This document shows positions 7,868 to 17,527 of a DNA stretch of 64,000 nt, in pieces. Origin of the DNA: an uncultured virus (IMG/VR IMGVR_UViG_3300020716_000002) (lineage: Duplodnaviria; Heunggongvirae; Uroviricota; Caudoviricetes); IMG/VR virus record IMGVR_UViG_3300020716_000002, one strand, 5' to 3'. The stretch's first letter is position 1. Each line of letters starts with the position of its first letter. A program made the translations under genes and the position numbers. The notes below the pieces were generated by a model. The model saw only the letters and a list, made by a program, of their open reading frames with translations. It searched no databases and had not been told where the DNA came from.

Positions 7868-8907
7868 TGTACGGATTTAACTATGAGCGACTGACCAAGG
7901 TCACAGAGCAACAAAAGCCTTATCGTGGTTCGGATAATCGTTTCCCGATGGAGCACAGATCACGCAATGAGAAATACTTTTTTGTTGAGGAGGAGAATGG
8001 CGAAAAAGTATACGACATCGTGTATGGCACAAGGTGGAGACACGAAGATATCGACAAAGAAACTTATGATTCACTCTATGCAATTAAACCTAGTGACGTA
8101 TGGGCATCTGAAGAATATGATTATGCCAAGCATAAAGGCACAGGCAAGTTCACTTACCACAAGGTAATTCGTAGCCCAAACCTCATGGCGAGAGTACGTT
8201 CAGATAACACAGTTGAGTTTACCAAGGATGAGTATCATCAAGGAGAGCGCAACTTCTTATCACAGAACACAAGCGGTGGGTTCATTAACGATTCACGTAG
8301 AGGTGGACTGATATATAAACACTACGGATACAGGGACAAACGAAACACACTACTAATGCACGCAATCCATAAGGGTATGCGTATCGCTTGTGATAGTGAC
8401 ATGGCGGTCGTGCCTTATGAGGTAGAGTTGAAGAAGGTAGATCGTAGACTAGCCAAAGAAACTCTTAAACCATACGAGGATTTCTTTAAGGTAAGCGAAG
8501 TCATGTGCAAGGCGATGCCGTATGAACAACTCAAGGACTTAGCAATAGAGGTATGCAAAGAGCGAATCCCAAGTAAAGTACTTACTCATATCAATAGTCA
8601 AGAACTTTTACATGAGGCAAGGTTATGCACACAAAGCGCACCACTTGATGCGTTAGTACTCTATGCGTTGGCATACGATGTGAATCGGTTTGCATGGTCA
8701 TTCAGATGGGGTATAACAATCTCCAATGACAATGGTGAGAAAAGTCATCAACTGTATATGGCGACCAAGCGTAGGATACTGAAGGATTTATATACCACAC
8801 ATAAGGAAATATTTAAAACATACCGATTGCAAGGTGGTATGTATTTTCCAGCGAGTGAGTGGGGCACAGAAGTGATAGTAAATGGCAAAGTAATTCAACA
8901 ACTTTAA
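7864..8907 (+). CDS. hypothetical protein (347 aa)
   Basis: Long ORF, AAGGAG RBS. Confidence 0.8.
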   Translation: MMYGFNYERLTKVTEQQKPYRGSDNRFPMEHRSRNEKYFFVEEENGEKVYDIVYGTRWRHEDIDKETYDSLYAIKPSDVWASEEYDYAKHKGTGKFTYHKVIRSPNLMARVRSDNTVEFTKDEYHQGERNFLSQNTSGGFINDSRRGGLIYKHYGYRDKRNTLLMHAIHKGMRIACDSDMAVVPYEVELKKVDRRLAKETLKPYEDFFKVSEVMCKAMPYEQLKDLAIEVCKERIPSKVLTHINSQELLHEARLCTQSAPLDALVLYALAYDVNRFAWSFRWGITISNDNGEKSHQLYMATKRRILKDLYTTHKEIFKTYRLQGGMYFPASEWGTEVIVNGKVIQQL

Positions 8908-8928
8908 CTTACAAACAAGGATCCTAAA

Positions 8929-9090
8929 ATGGAAGGAAATGAACTAAGACTATTCTTAGCGTTGCTGAATTTAATGCAACAAATAGAAGAAGATATGCCA
9001 AGAGAGTATATGACTAAGCACTTAAAAACTGCGATAGAAGATGCGTGTGAATTACTAAATGAAACAAGCCAAGGAGAAAACGATGAGTAA
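8929..9090 (+). CDS. small hypothetical protein (53 aa)
   Basis: AAGGA RBS, MEGNELRLFLALLNLMQ...GENDE*; fills the gap, not in the ORF track. Confidence 0.6.
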   Translation: MEGNELRLFLALLNLMQQIEEDMPREYMTKHLKTAIEDACELLNETSQGENDE

Positions 9091-10039
9091 ATATATTCTT
9101 ACATCAGTAGCGGGAGATTCTGTACAAGACATGGACAAAGTTCTCAAGGAGAATATTTGCTTTCCACTTGTGCGTGAACTTGAATTTAAGTATGGCTTAA
9201 AAGTTTATAAGATATCGGGTGAGGTGAAAAACGTAATAACTCCACACTTTTATATGTGTTATTCCAATGGTTTACCATGCGGTGCGGTGTTTGCTAAGGC
9301 TGAGAAAGAATGGGACGTTCACAAAGGTACTCACGTTGAGCATTGGGAGTACAACTTCAAGACACCATACTACAAGAAGGCAAGAGGCTCATCCGATAGT
9401 GATAGAGAAACTATATCGAGTAAGAAAATCTCTACTCTCATGGGCACAATACAGAGACAGAAAGTTATCAAGCCGTTGGATGAGATTATCAATAAAGAAT
9501 ACAAATCAGAAATGCTAGAGTGTTTGGGAACGATGAAAGATTCTTTCGGTAAAGATCATAAATACACACCTGTAGATGCGGATACTATTCATGCGTTGGT
9601 GGCTTATGCACTAGGTGAAAATCCTAATAGTTATGGGCTATCAATAAACAAATCTGTATGTAAAGATTTGCTTGACAAATTCAATAAGTGTGATAGCATC
9701 AGAGCCAAGAAATTAAAAGAGACAGAGAGATTTTTTAGTAATCCATTCTATGCAATCGGTGTTGATAAGAGTAAGCATATCATCATCGGCAAGTTAAAAA
9801 TAGTAGAAAACAAAATGCAAATAGTAGAAGATTTCAGTCGAGTGTTATCGTTAGATCATAAGGAAGATTTAACTGCAATTCTTACTATGATGAGAGTTGC
9901 GAATGAGAACATGGGCGAACTCATATTAAATTGTTTTCCTAACAATACTAAGTATGATGCTAACCTTGATGTAATTTATAAGAGTGTATGGTATCGTAAT
10001 GAGACAGACTTTCATTGGACTCTTATCCCATGTCAATAA
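9083..10039 (+). CDS. hypothetical protein
   Basis: Long ORF; AAGGAG precedes ATG 9083. Confidence 0.8.
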   Translation: MSKYILTSVAGDSVQDMDKVLKENICFPLVRELEFKYGLKVYKISGEVKNVITPHFYMCYSNGLPCGAVFAKAEKEWDVHKGTHVEHWEYNFKTPYYKKARGSSDSDRETISSKKISTLMGTIQRQKVIKPLDEIINKEYKSEMLECLGTMKDSFGKDHKYTPVDADTIHALVAYALGENPNSYGLSINKSVCKDLLDKFNKCDSIRAKKLKETERFFSNPFYAIGVDKSKHIIIGKLKIVENKMQIVEDFSRVLSLDHKEDLTAILTMMRVANENMGELILNCFPNNTKYDANLDVIYKSVWYRNETDFHWTLIPCQ

Positions 10040-10401
10040 GCGAATTCTTTCCTACACTTACCCCAGTAGTTCATAAGACGAATTGGGACTTACTACGTGT
10101 GCCACTTATCAAATACGAAGGTCAATACAAAATCAACTTAGGTGATCGCATGGTGCGTATCTATGATGATAAAACATTACCCGATGTTATCAAGACTAAG
10201 ATGGCAATGATACTCGCACATCCACATGAGGTGGTACGTGATAATAACGTTCAACGTATAGATGTATACACAAACAACCAATCGCCCGAACTTGATGAGG
10301 TGGGTTGGCAATCGTCTGAACATTATTTCTGTATGGTGTTAGATCGTTCAACAGTTAACGAACTGAAAGGTTCACATGACGCTATGGCGCAAGAGAGGTA
10401 A
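10030..10401 (+). CDS. hypothetical protein
   Basis: Fills the operon; start uncertain (10015 or 10030). Confidence 0.7.
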   Translation: MSISEFFPTLTPVVHKTNWDLLRVPLIKYEGQYKINLGDRMVRIYDDKTLPDVIKTKMAMILAHPHEVVRDNNVQRIDVYTNNQSPELDEVGWQSSEHYFCMVLDRSTVNELKGSHDAMAQER

Positions 10402-10402
10402 C

Positions 10403-10702
10403 ATGACTCCTGAAGGTAAAGTCAAAGCAAAGGTTAAAAAACTTTTAGCTGAAGGGAAACACTACTACACCATGCCTGTGACTGGGGGGTATGGCAATAG
10501 CGGAGTACCTGACTTTATCGTGTGTGTCAAAGGAAAGTTCTTAGCGATAGAGTGCAAGGCTAATGGCGGTAAGACGACTGCACTACAAAATAAAAACCTC
10601 ACCGATATTAAAACGAGTGGGGGTGTAGCGTTAGTCATTACTGAGGACGATTTAGATTATCTTAAACAAATTCTAATGAACATGGAACACATATATGAAT
10701 GA
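10403..10702 (+). CDS. VRR-NUC domain nuclease (putative resolvase)
   Basis: MTPEGKVK...SGVPDFI...AIECK...LQ, a PD-(D/E)xK signature. Confidence 0.85.
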   Translation: MTPEGKVKAKVKKLLAEGKHYYTMPVTGGYGNSGVPDFIVCVKGKFLAIECKANGGKTTALQNKNLTDIKTSGGVALVITEDDLDYLKQILMNMEHIYE

Positions 10703-10919
10703 AACAGACCGAGAACACTTGCATAAACTTTATGCGGGGTTCGCAATGATTGGGTTGTTGATGCGTGGTAATGACCCTCGCATACCCTCAGAGTCTTTTA
10801 ACATAGCTGATGCTATGCTAGAGGAAATAGATGCAAGAGACAACAAAGGTATTGCATCAATAGTTAAAAAGTACAAACGTAAGGAAACTGTAAATGAAGA
10901 AACCAATAGCACAAATTAG
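10695..10919 (+). CDS. hypothetical protein
   Basis: YAGFAMIGLL...IADAML pattern common in small phage proteins. Confidence 0.7.
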   Translation: MNETDREHLHKLYAGFAMIGLLMRGNDPRIPSESFNIADAMLEEIDARDNKGIASIVKKYKRKETVNEETNSTN

Positions 10920-11325
10920 TAGAGTAGAGCGTTACATGGCAAAGCATCCCAATGCCAAACCAAAAGAGGTAGCGGATGCGTTAGACTTACCATTGAAGGC
11001 GGTATATAACTATCGTATGCTCATCAAGAAAAAGAATATTCAACTACAAGCGATGGACGACATAGAGCGTTTTATAGTTAAGCCTGATGTATTTAAGAAT
11101 CCACGTGAAGGTGAAACAGTAGATAACGTCAATCATCCTCCGCATTACAAAGTGGGTGGCATCGAGACTATCGACTTCATTGAGGCGAAAGAGTTGGGTT
11201 ACAACTTGGGTAACGTCATCAAATATATTTCTAGGGCAAGTCACAAACATTCTTATGCAGAAGACTTGAAGAAGGCTAGGTGGTATCTCGATAGAGAGAT
11301 TATGAAGCAACACGTTGGTAAGTAA
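10894..11325 (+). CDS. HTH + DUF3310 (SaV-like) protein
   Basis: DNVNHPPHY..GIETIDFI..GNVIKYISRA..EDLKKARWYL; N-terminal helix-turn-helix-like segment. Confidence 0.85.
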   Translation: MKKPIAQISRVERYMAKHPNAKPKEVADALDLPLKAVYNYRMLIKKKNIQLQAMDDIERFIVKPDVFKNPREGETVDNVNHPPHYKVGGIETIDFIEAKELGYNLGNVIKYISRASHKHSYAEDLKKARWYLDREIMKQHVGK

Positions 11326-11330
11326 TTCTT

Positions 11331-11364
11331 AGGAGGTTATGCTCAGGCATAACTTCCTTTTTTT
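11331..11364 (+). terminator. intrinsic terminator
   Basis: AGGAGGTTATGC-TCAG-GCATAACTTCCT followed by a T run. Confidence 0.85.
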
Positions 11365-11402
11365 GTATCTATTGAAAACGTTATTTAAGGAAAACTGGCA
11401 TC

Positions 11403-11720
11403 ATGGAATTAAAACTAAATGCGGGGGTAGAAATCATAATTGAGCGTATGAAATCTCACCCTGAAGAATTTATAGAAGATAAAGGCTCTCTCATAGATGG
11501 CGATACAGTCGTGCGTGGAAGATGGCATAAGATTATCCTAGCTGTTCTTACAAAAAAGAAAGTGCGTGTCGTCAAGAACAAACAGGAAGATGTGTACTGG
11601 AAAGAACTATCGTGGATGACCGATGAAGAGATTGATGCGTTATACGATGGGTTTATGGAGATGATGCGTAATAAATTCACAGGCGACGTTATGGTTAAGT
11701 TGGCGGGCGAAACGCAATAG
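11403..11720 (+). CDS. hypothetical protein
   Basis: AAGGA RBS; ERMKSHPEEF motif. Confidence 0.7.
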   Translation: MELKLNAGVEIIIERMKSHPEEFIEDKGSLIDGDTVVRGRWHKIILAVLTKKKVRVVKNKQEDVYWKELSWMTDEEIDALYDGFMEMMRNKFTGDVMVKLAGETQ

Positions 11721-11732
11721 ATCGAGGATGAT

Positions 11733-11936
11733 ATGAAATGTCCAATATGCGAACACACAAAATCAATGGTAGTGGAGTCAAGGAAGTCTCCCGACCACGA
11801 CAATCTAAGAAAGCGATATTGCCTGAAGTGCGGGAACAACTTTATAACGAAGGAAGTTCTATACGAAGGCAGACTCAGTCGTGCGGACAAAATCAAGCGC
11901 AGAGACCACAATGGCCTTTTCCAACCAAAGTCTTAG
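11733..11936 (+). CDS. NrdR-like N-terminal zinc-ribbon protein (no ATP-cone)
   Basis: MKCPIC...VVESR...RKRYCLKCGNNFITKE. Confidence 0.75.
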   Translation: MKCPICEHTKSMVVESRKSPDHDNLRKRYCLKCGNNFITKEVLYEGRLSRADKIKRRDHNGLFQPKS

Positions 11937-11991
11937 ATGGCTTAGGAAATTCTTTAGCGTTCAATTCTGACAATTTTGAAGAGGCATTATT

Positions 11992-13860
11992 TTGAGCATT
12001 ATTACGATTGACTTTGAGACGTACTACGACTCCAAGATCAAACTAGGGTTCAAGCACCAAACGACCGAGGAGTACGTGCGAGACAAACGATTCCATGTAA
12101 TTGGTGTCGGTGTTAACGTGGATGGCAAAACAACGTGGGTAAGTGGGACTCATCAAGAGATAAAAGATTTCTTATTGACTCTTAATATACCGCAGCGGGC
12201 ACTACTCGCACACAATACTCTTTTCGATGGGTGTATTCTTAAATGGATATTTGGTATTGAGGCTAAGTTTTATCTTGATACGCTATGTATGGCGAGGGCG
12301 GTCAATGGCGTTGATGTAGGCGGGTCACTGGCATCGCTAAGTAAGCTCTATGCGTTAGGCGAAAAGGGCGACGAAGTTGTGATGGCGGAAGGTAAACGTC
12401 GAGAAGATTTCTCAGCAGAGGAATTAAAAGCTTATGGCGAATATTGCAAAAATGACGTAGAGCTAGGATTAAGGCTATACCATAAATTGTCGAACGAGTT
12501 TCCGCAGAGTGAATTGCAGTTGATCGACATGACTTTAAGAATGTTTATCTTCCCAGTTTTGCGAGTGGATGATCAGTTGCTACTTGACCGACTTGAATTG
12601 ATTAAGCGATTTAAAGAGTCATTGTTAGAGAGTCTTGCAATTGATTGGACTTGTACGACAGAAGAAGTTCGTAAGAAGTTGGCAAGTAATAAACAATTTG
12701 CTGAAGTCTTGAAAACTTATGACATAGAACCGCCTATGAAAATTAGCAAGACAACAGGCAAACAGACTTACGCACTTGCTAAGAATGATGAGCAGTTCAT
12801 TGCGCTAAGTGAGATAGATAATGTAGCGGTTCAACATCTTTGCTCTATCAGGCTCAACACCAAGTCTACGATCGAAGAGTCAAGGATTGAGAGATTCTTA
12901 GGTGTTGGTAAGCGTAACAAGGGCTGGTTACCTATCCCTCTCAAATACTATGGCGCACACACAGGTAGATGGGCAGGTAGTGACAAGGTGAACTTTCAAA
13001 ACTTACCCAGTCGTGACAAAGAGAAGAAGGCTCTCAAGAACGCAGTCATTGCGCCCGATGATCACATTGTGATTAACTGTGACTCCTCACAGATCGAGGC
13101 TCGTGTCTTAGCGTGGTTGGCTGGTCAGGATGATTTGGTGCAGTCGTTCGCTGAAAAGCGTGATGTGTATTCAGAGTTCGCAAGTAAAGTTTATAACCGT
13201 CCTATCAGTAAAAAAGATCCTATTGAACGCTTTGTTGGTAAGACATGTATTCTAGGACTAGGCTATGGTACTGGAGCATTAAAACTTCAACACACACTTA
13301 GCACTACACCACCTGGAGCTACATTTACCGAAGCTGAGTGTAAAGAGATTGTTGACATCTATCGTGACACAAATGACAAGATCATTGCGCTATGGAAAGA
13401 GGGCGACAATATGCTGAAAGACTTAGCTAATTGGGGCGAGACAAAGCCGTTCTACTATGGGCAACACAAATGTGTAAAGATATATAAGGAAGGCATTAAA
13501 CTACCGAACGGACTTTTCATCAGATATCCTGAGTTGCGTCTTGATACTGAAGAATCTAAAAGCCAATACAAATACAAGTCACGTAAGGGCCCTGTATCCA
13601 TATGGGGCGGGACAGTTGTGGAAAACGTAGTTCAGGCATTAGCTAGAATTATTGTGGGTGAGCAGATGATCAAGATCAATGAGCGTTATCGTGTTGGTCT
13701 TACAGTTCATGATGCCGCCGTGTGCGTGGTTCACAAAGACGAGAAAGATAAGGCGATAGCATATATCGTCGAGTGCATGTCAGTACCTCCCGATTGGGCA
13801 AAAGGTTTGCCTGTAGCGTGTGAGGCTCAGTGGGGTGAAAACTATGGAGAAATGCAATGA
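11992..13860 (+). CDS. polA: DNA polymerase family A with 3'-5' exonuclease
   Basis: Exo I IDFET, HTGRWA, motif A DSSQIEAR, motif B KTCILGLGYG, motif C VHD; TTG start. Confidence 0.95.
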   Translation: MSIITIDFETYYDSKIKLGFKHQTTEEYVRDKRFHVIGVGVNVDGKTTWVSGTHQEIKDFLLTLNIPQRALLAHNTLFDGCILKWIFGIEAKFYLDTLCMARAVNGVDVGGSLASLSKLYALGEKGDEVVMAEGKRREDFSAEELKAYGEYCKNDVELGLRLYHKLSNEFPQSELQLIDMTLRMFIFPVLRVDDQLLLDRLELIKRFKESLLESLAIDWTCTTEEVRKKLASNKQFAEVLKTYDIEPPMKISKTTGKQTYALAKNDEQFIALSEIDNVAVQHLCSIRLNTKSTIEESRIERFLGVGKRNKGWLPIPLKYYGAHTGRWAGSDKVNFQNLPSRDKEKKALKNAVIAPDDHIVINCDSSQIEARVLAWLAGQDDLVQSFAEKRDVYSEFASKVYNRPISKKDPIERFVGKTCILGLGYGTGALKLQHTLSTTPPGATFTEAECKEIVDIYRDTNDKIIALWKEGDNMLKDLANWGETKPFYYGQHKCVKIYKEGIKLPNGLFIRYPELRLDTEESKSQYKYKSRKGPVSIWGGTVVENVVQALARIIVGEQMIKINERYRVGLTVHDAAVCVVHKDEKDKAIAYIVECMSVPPDWAKGLPVACEAQWGENYGEMQ

Positions 13861-14066
13861 TTAAAGGATGCGCTGAATGTGGGGTTGGTGGTGGTTATGC
13901 GTTGTATTGCCTTGCTTGTGCTGAAAAATATGTTAAGCCTGAATGGGTAGGGTTGACTGATAAAGAACTTGAAGAGTTTTCAGAAGCCAAGATTGGTTCA
14001 TATGATCTGTGTCTTGAAGTCGAGGCTAAATTAAAGGAGAAAAATCATGTGGTTTCTGGGGCATAA
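13857..14066 (+). CDS. small Cys-motif hypothetical protein
   Basis: CAEC..CLAC, EWVGLTD, LKEKN. Confidence 0.7.
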   Translation: MIKGCAECGVGGGYALYCLACAEKYVKPEWVGLTDKELEEFSEAKIGSYDLCLEVEAKLKEKNHVVSGA

Positions 14067-14223
14067 AGACGGTAAACCTTGGTGGCACAAACAAGATGAA
14101 AACGGTAATTTGATTCCCGTGACTGAAGAGGAAGATATTGCAAATAAAAAATATTGGCAAGATAGGCGAGATGAGATATCCGCAAAAGTTTTTAACGAAT
14201 TTTTTAAGGAGAAGAACACATGA
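14047..14223 (+). CDS. mini-gene (58 aa)
   Basis: AAGGAG RBS; MWFLGHKDGKPWW...FKEKNT*; not in the ORF track. Confidence 0.6.
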   Translation: MWFLGHKDGKPWWHKQDENGNLIPVTEEEDIANKKYWQDRRDEISAKVFNEFFKEKNT

Positions 14224-14360
14224 GATTTAGTATCAAATTATTTGAATATCGTTACGTTTTAAAAATATTTTTACAAGATGGTAGAAAAATTAAATGGTTG
14301 CCAACAATTTGTTGGGCAAAAATTGGTTGTGCCGTAGCCCTAAAGGATAAGAACACATGA
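14220..14360 (+). CDS. mini-gene (46 aa)
   Basis: AAGGAG RBS, ATGA coupling; MRFSIKLFEY...LKDKNT*. Confidence 0.55.
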   Translation: MRFSIKLFEYRYVLKIFLQDGRKIKWLPTICWAKIGCAVALKDKNT

Positions 14361-14467
14361 ATGAAGTATTAGATTATCTATTGTTAGTTGGCGTTCTTGT
14401 TCTGGGCGCTGTATGGATTACTGCGGTGTTTTGTTTTATTTTGGCAGTAGTAGGGGGACGAGAATGA
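14357..14467 (+). CDS. single-TM mini-protein (36 aa)
   Basis: AAGGA RBS; MNEVLDYLLLVGVLVLGAVWITAVFCFILAVVGGRE*; ATGA-coupled on both sides. Confidence 0.55.
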   Translation: MNEVLDYLLLVGVLVLGAVWITAVFCFILAVVGGRE

Positions 14468-15117
14468 CTAAATTCACATGGTCGTATTCCTCTCTCAAGG
14501 ATTACATTAACTGCCCACGCAAGTATCACGAGACCAAGGTTCTTAAAAGATACTTCTCGCCGCCAACCAAAGAGACAACTTATGGTAATGAAGTTCATAA
14601 GGCATGCGAGAAATACGTAGGCGAAGATGTACCCTTACCTGAAAACTATAAGTTTGTTCAACCTGTATTAGATACTCTCAAAGATATCCCTGGCGAACGC
14701 AGTCCTGAGCAACGCATGGCGTTGGATATTGATGGCAAACCTTGCAAGTGGGGTGATGGTTGGGTGCGGGGTATTGTAGACTTAATGATTATTGACGGGG
14801 ATACGGCTTTTGTGATTGATTACAAGACAGGCAACAACAAATATCCTGACCCTGACCAATTGAAATTAATGGCTCTAATGATCTTTGCACATCAACCCGA
14901 AGTCAATATAATTAAGGCTGGCTTGCTCTTTGTGGTGAAGAACAGTTTCTTGCCCGAGGATTACAAGCGTGAAGATATTCCTAAACTATGGGCAGTTTTT
15001 AAACCTACATTGGCTCGTTTAGAAATGTCTTACGATACAGGGATGTGGAATCCAAACCCAACACCTTTGTGTCCTTGGTGTCCAGTTAAATCATGCGAAC
15101 ATTACGGAGATAAATAA
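14464..15117 (+). CDS. PD-(D/E)XK exonuclease, Cas4/AddB-like with Cys cluster
   Basis: WSYSSL..CP, GIVDL..IDYKTG, QL, C-terminal CPWCPVKSC. Confidence 0.9.
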   Translation: MTKFTWSYSSLKDYINCPRKYHETKVLKRYFSPPTKETTYGNEVHKACEKYVGEDVPLPENYKFVQPVLDTLKDIPGERSPEQRMALDIDGKPCKWGDGWVRGIVDLMIIDGDTAFVIDYKTGNNKYPDPDQLKLMALMIFAHQPEVNIIKAGLLFVVKNSFLPEDYKREDIPKLWAVFKPTLARLEMSYDTGMWNPNPTPLCPWCPVKSCEHYGDK

Positions 15118-15371
15118 TGCCATACACAAACAAAGCAAGACCTTACAAGAAAGAGTATCAACAACAACTTGAGCGAGGTGAACATGAAGACAGAATGGAA
15201 AGACAGAGAGCACGACGCAAACTCGACAAGAAAGGTGTTGACCGAACAGGAAAAGACGTTGCACACGTTAAAGCCTTGTCCAAAGGAGGTTCGAACAAAG
15301 ATGGTGTTAGACTTGAGTCCCCTTCAAAGAATCGTTCTTTTCCCCGTAAGTCAAGCGGGGCGATGAAGTAA
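15117..15371 (+). CDS. small basic HNH-like protein
   Basis: DVAHVKALSKGGSN...NRS, a degenerate HNH motif. Confidence 0.6.
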   Translation: MPYTNKARPYKKEYQQQLERGEHEDRMERQRARRKLDKKGVDRTGKDVAHVKALSKGGSNKDGVRLESPSKNRSFPRKSSGAMK

Positions 15372-15373
15372 CT

Positions 15374-15521
15374 AGATGTTGTAAGGCATGAGTGGACATC
15401 AAGGGGGTTTTTTCGATGCCCGGTTCTCCCTCCTTTTAACCATGTCAATCAAGCGATGCCTAGCTCCTAGCTCCTCCTTTCGGCATGACAGGCTTGGTCG
15501 ATTGACTTCCGTAAGAAGTCA
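15374..15521 (+). ncRNA. candidate structured RNA upstream of the helicase
   Basis: Several stems in a 170-bp non-coding gap (see findings). Confidence 0.45.
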
Positions 15522-15542
15522 CAAATTCAGTTTAAGGATAGT

Positions 15543-17147
15543 ATGAAATTAGTAGAAGATACGGCGGTACAACTAACGATATCGTCAGACCACTTGAATC
15601 ACTTGGTCGGGTACATTGATAAGTGCGAAGTACTAAGTGACGACGGAAAGATGGCTGAAGTTCTAGTCTATTGGGGACTGGAAGAGATGCGTCGTGTCGC
15701 ACTCGTGGCTGGAGATGCTATTAGCCCAATCTCTAAAGAATATACCTGGCCTGGTATGTTCACACCATTTGAACACCAAAAAACTACTGCATCATTCCTA
15801 TCCTTAAGAGATAAAGCCTTTTGTTTTAACGAGGCTGGTACAGGTAAGACTTCTTCAGTTATATGGGCGGCTGATTACTTGATGAACAAAGGACTTGTTA
15901 AACGTGTCCTAGTCATATGCCCACTATCAATTATGTATTCCGCATGGCAAGCCGACATATTTAAGACGGCGATGCACCGCACAGTGGCTGTCGCCTATGG
16001 AGATTCTAATAAGCGACGCAAGATCGTACAAGGAAATTACGAATTTGTAATCATCAATTTCGATGGAGTCAATGTCGTTTCAGATGAAATAGCGAATCAA
16101 GGGTTTGACCTAATTGTAGTTGACGAGGCTAATGCATATAAAACTGCTACAACAAAACGCTGGAAAACATTAGCTAAATTAGTTATGCCTCATACAAAAT
16201 TATGGATGCTCACAGGAACACCCGCATCACAGTCCCCACTTGACGCATATGGATTAGCTAAACTTATTGCGCCCCATAGAGTGCCAAAGTTTTTTACTGC
16301 ATGGCGTGATAAGGTGATGACTCAGGTAACAAGATTTAAATACGTACCCAAGAATACGGCAAAGAATGATGTGTATAAGGCTCTTCAACCAGCTATAAGA
16401 TTTGAGAAAGCACAATGCTTAGACTTACCTGAAGTGGTATATCAAACAAGACAAGTACCTCTTTCTATACAAGTAGTTAAATACTATAAAGCTTTAAAAA
16501 ATCAAATGTTAATTGAAGCCGCTGGTGAACAGATCAGTGCAGTAAATGCAGGAGCAATGTTATCAAAGCTCCTACAGATATCGGGTGGAGCAATCTATAC
16601 CGATACAAAAGATGTTGTGGAGTTTGATATATCTCCACGACTAAATGCGTTGATGGAAGTGTTAGATGAAACTGAGCATAAGGTAATTGTGTTTGTTCCA
16701 TTTACACATACCATCGTATTGGTAGCTAACTACCTAACAGACCAAGGAGTATCAAATGAAATAATCAATGGAGCAGTGCCGGCAAGGGAACGGTCAGAGA
16801 TCATCAATCGGTTTCAGACTATGCCTAGTCCAAGAGTATTAGTTATTCAACCCCAAGCCGCATCACATGGCGTTACATTGACTGCCGCTGATACAGTGGT
16901 ATTTTGGTCTCCCGTTATGAGCGTCGAGACTTATCTGCAATGCATAGCGAGAATTGATCGGGTTGGACAAGTTAATAGTATGACTGTAGTGCATCTCCAA
17001 GGCTCAGAGGCTGAGCGAAAAATCTATTCAATGTTGCAAAACAAAGTAGATTTGCATTCCAGTTTAGTTGATTTATATAAACAAGAGTTAGGAGTAGAAG
17101 ATGGAGAACAATCTGGAGGAATTAGTCAAGATATACTTGACAATTAG
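15543..17147 (+). CDS. SNF2-family (SF2) helicase
   Basis: EAGTGKT, VVDEA, LTGTP, HGVTLT, QCIARIDRVGQ. Confidence 0.92.
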   Translation: MKLVEDTAVQLTISSDHLNHLVGYIDKCEVLSDDGKMAEVLVYWGLEEMRRVALVAGDAISPISKEYTWPGMFTPFEHQKTTASFLSLRDKAFCFNEAGTGKTSSVIWAADYLMNKGLVKRVLVICPLSIMYSAWQADIFKTAMHRTVAVAYGDSNKRRKIVQGNYEFVIINFDGVNVVSDEIANQGFDLIVVDEANAYKTATTKRWKTLAKLVMPHTKLWMLTGTPASQSPLDAYGLAKLIAPHRVPKFFTAWRDKVMTQVTRFKYVPKNTAKNDVYKALQPAIRFEKAQCLDLPEVVYQTRQVPLSIQVVKYYKALKNQMLIEAAGEQISAVNAGAMLSKLLQISGGAIYTDTKDVVEFDISPRLNALMEVLDETEHKVIVFVPFTHTIVLVANYLTDQGVSNEIINGAVPARERSEIINRFQTMPSPRVLVIQPQAASHGVTLTAADTVVFWSPVMSVETYLQCIARIDRVGQVNSMTVVHLQGSEAERKIYSMLQNKVDLHSSLVDLYKQELGVEDGEQSGGISQDILDN

Positions 17148-17502
17148 AAATGAACGTGATAGGATGAGAGCTGAATGGGAAGGCAAAGATGCCGAACTCA
17201 AAGGCGAAATGGAAGTTCTAGAACATTCATTCTTAGCGGTCTGCAATGAGACAAACGCAAGCAGTATTAGGACAGAAAGTGGTACGGTAATGCGTAGTAT
17301 CAAAGACCGCTATACAACAAATGATTGGGACAACTTTAAACAGTTTGTTCTCAAACATGAGGCAGTTGACTTGTTGGAGAGACGAATCCATCAGGGAAAC
17401 TTCAAGGAATTCATGGCTGAGCATAAGGACGAGGGTCTACCGCCTGGCGTGAATGTGATGAGAGAGTTTGCAATCTCTGTGCGCAAACCAACCAATAGTT
17501 AA
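17101..17502 (+). CDS. conserved replication-module protein
   Basis: AGGAG RBS; lies between helicase and putative SSB. Confidence 0.75.
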   Translation: MENNLEELVKIYLTIRNERDRMRAEWEGKDAELKGEMEVLEHSFLAVCNETNASSIRTESGTVMRSIKDRYTTNDWDNFKQFVLKHEAVDLLERRIHQGNFKEFMAEHKDEGLPPGVNVMREFAISVRKPTNS

Positions 17503-17527
17503 TTTTAGTTTTACCAAGGAAAATCAA

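Noticed and set aside
9672..9699. Internal promoter TTGACA-N16-TAGCAT
   Set aside because: Inside a CDS with no independent support; could be chance in AT-rich DNA
11456..11911. Antisense ORFs such as 11456-11911, 18043-18510 and the many short + strand ORFs in the late arm
   Set aside because: Overlap better-supported genes on the opposite strand, with no RBS or recognisable motifs
14464..15117. cas4 as part of a CRISPR-Cas locus
   Set aside because: No other cas genes or array; typical phage exonuclease context
15117..15371. Mobile HNH homing endonuclease or intron
   Set aside because: Very short with a degenerate motif; no interrupted host gene
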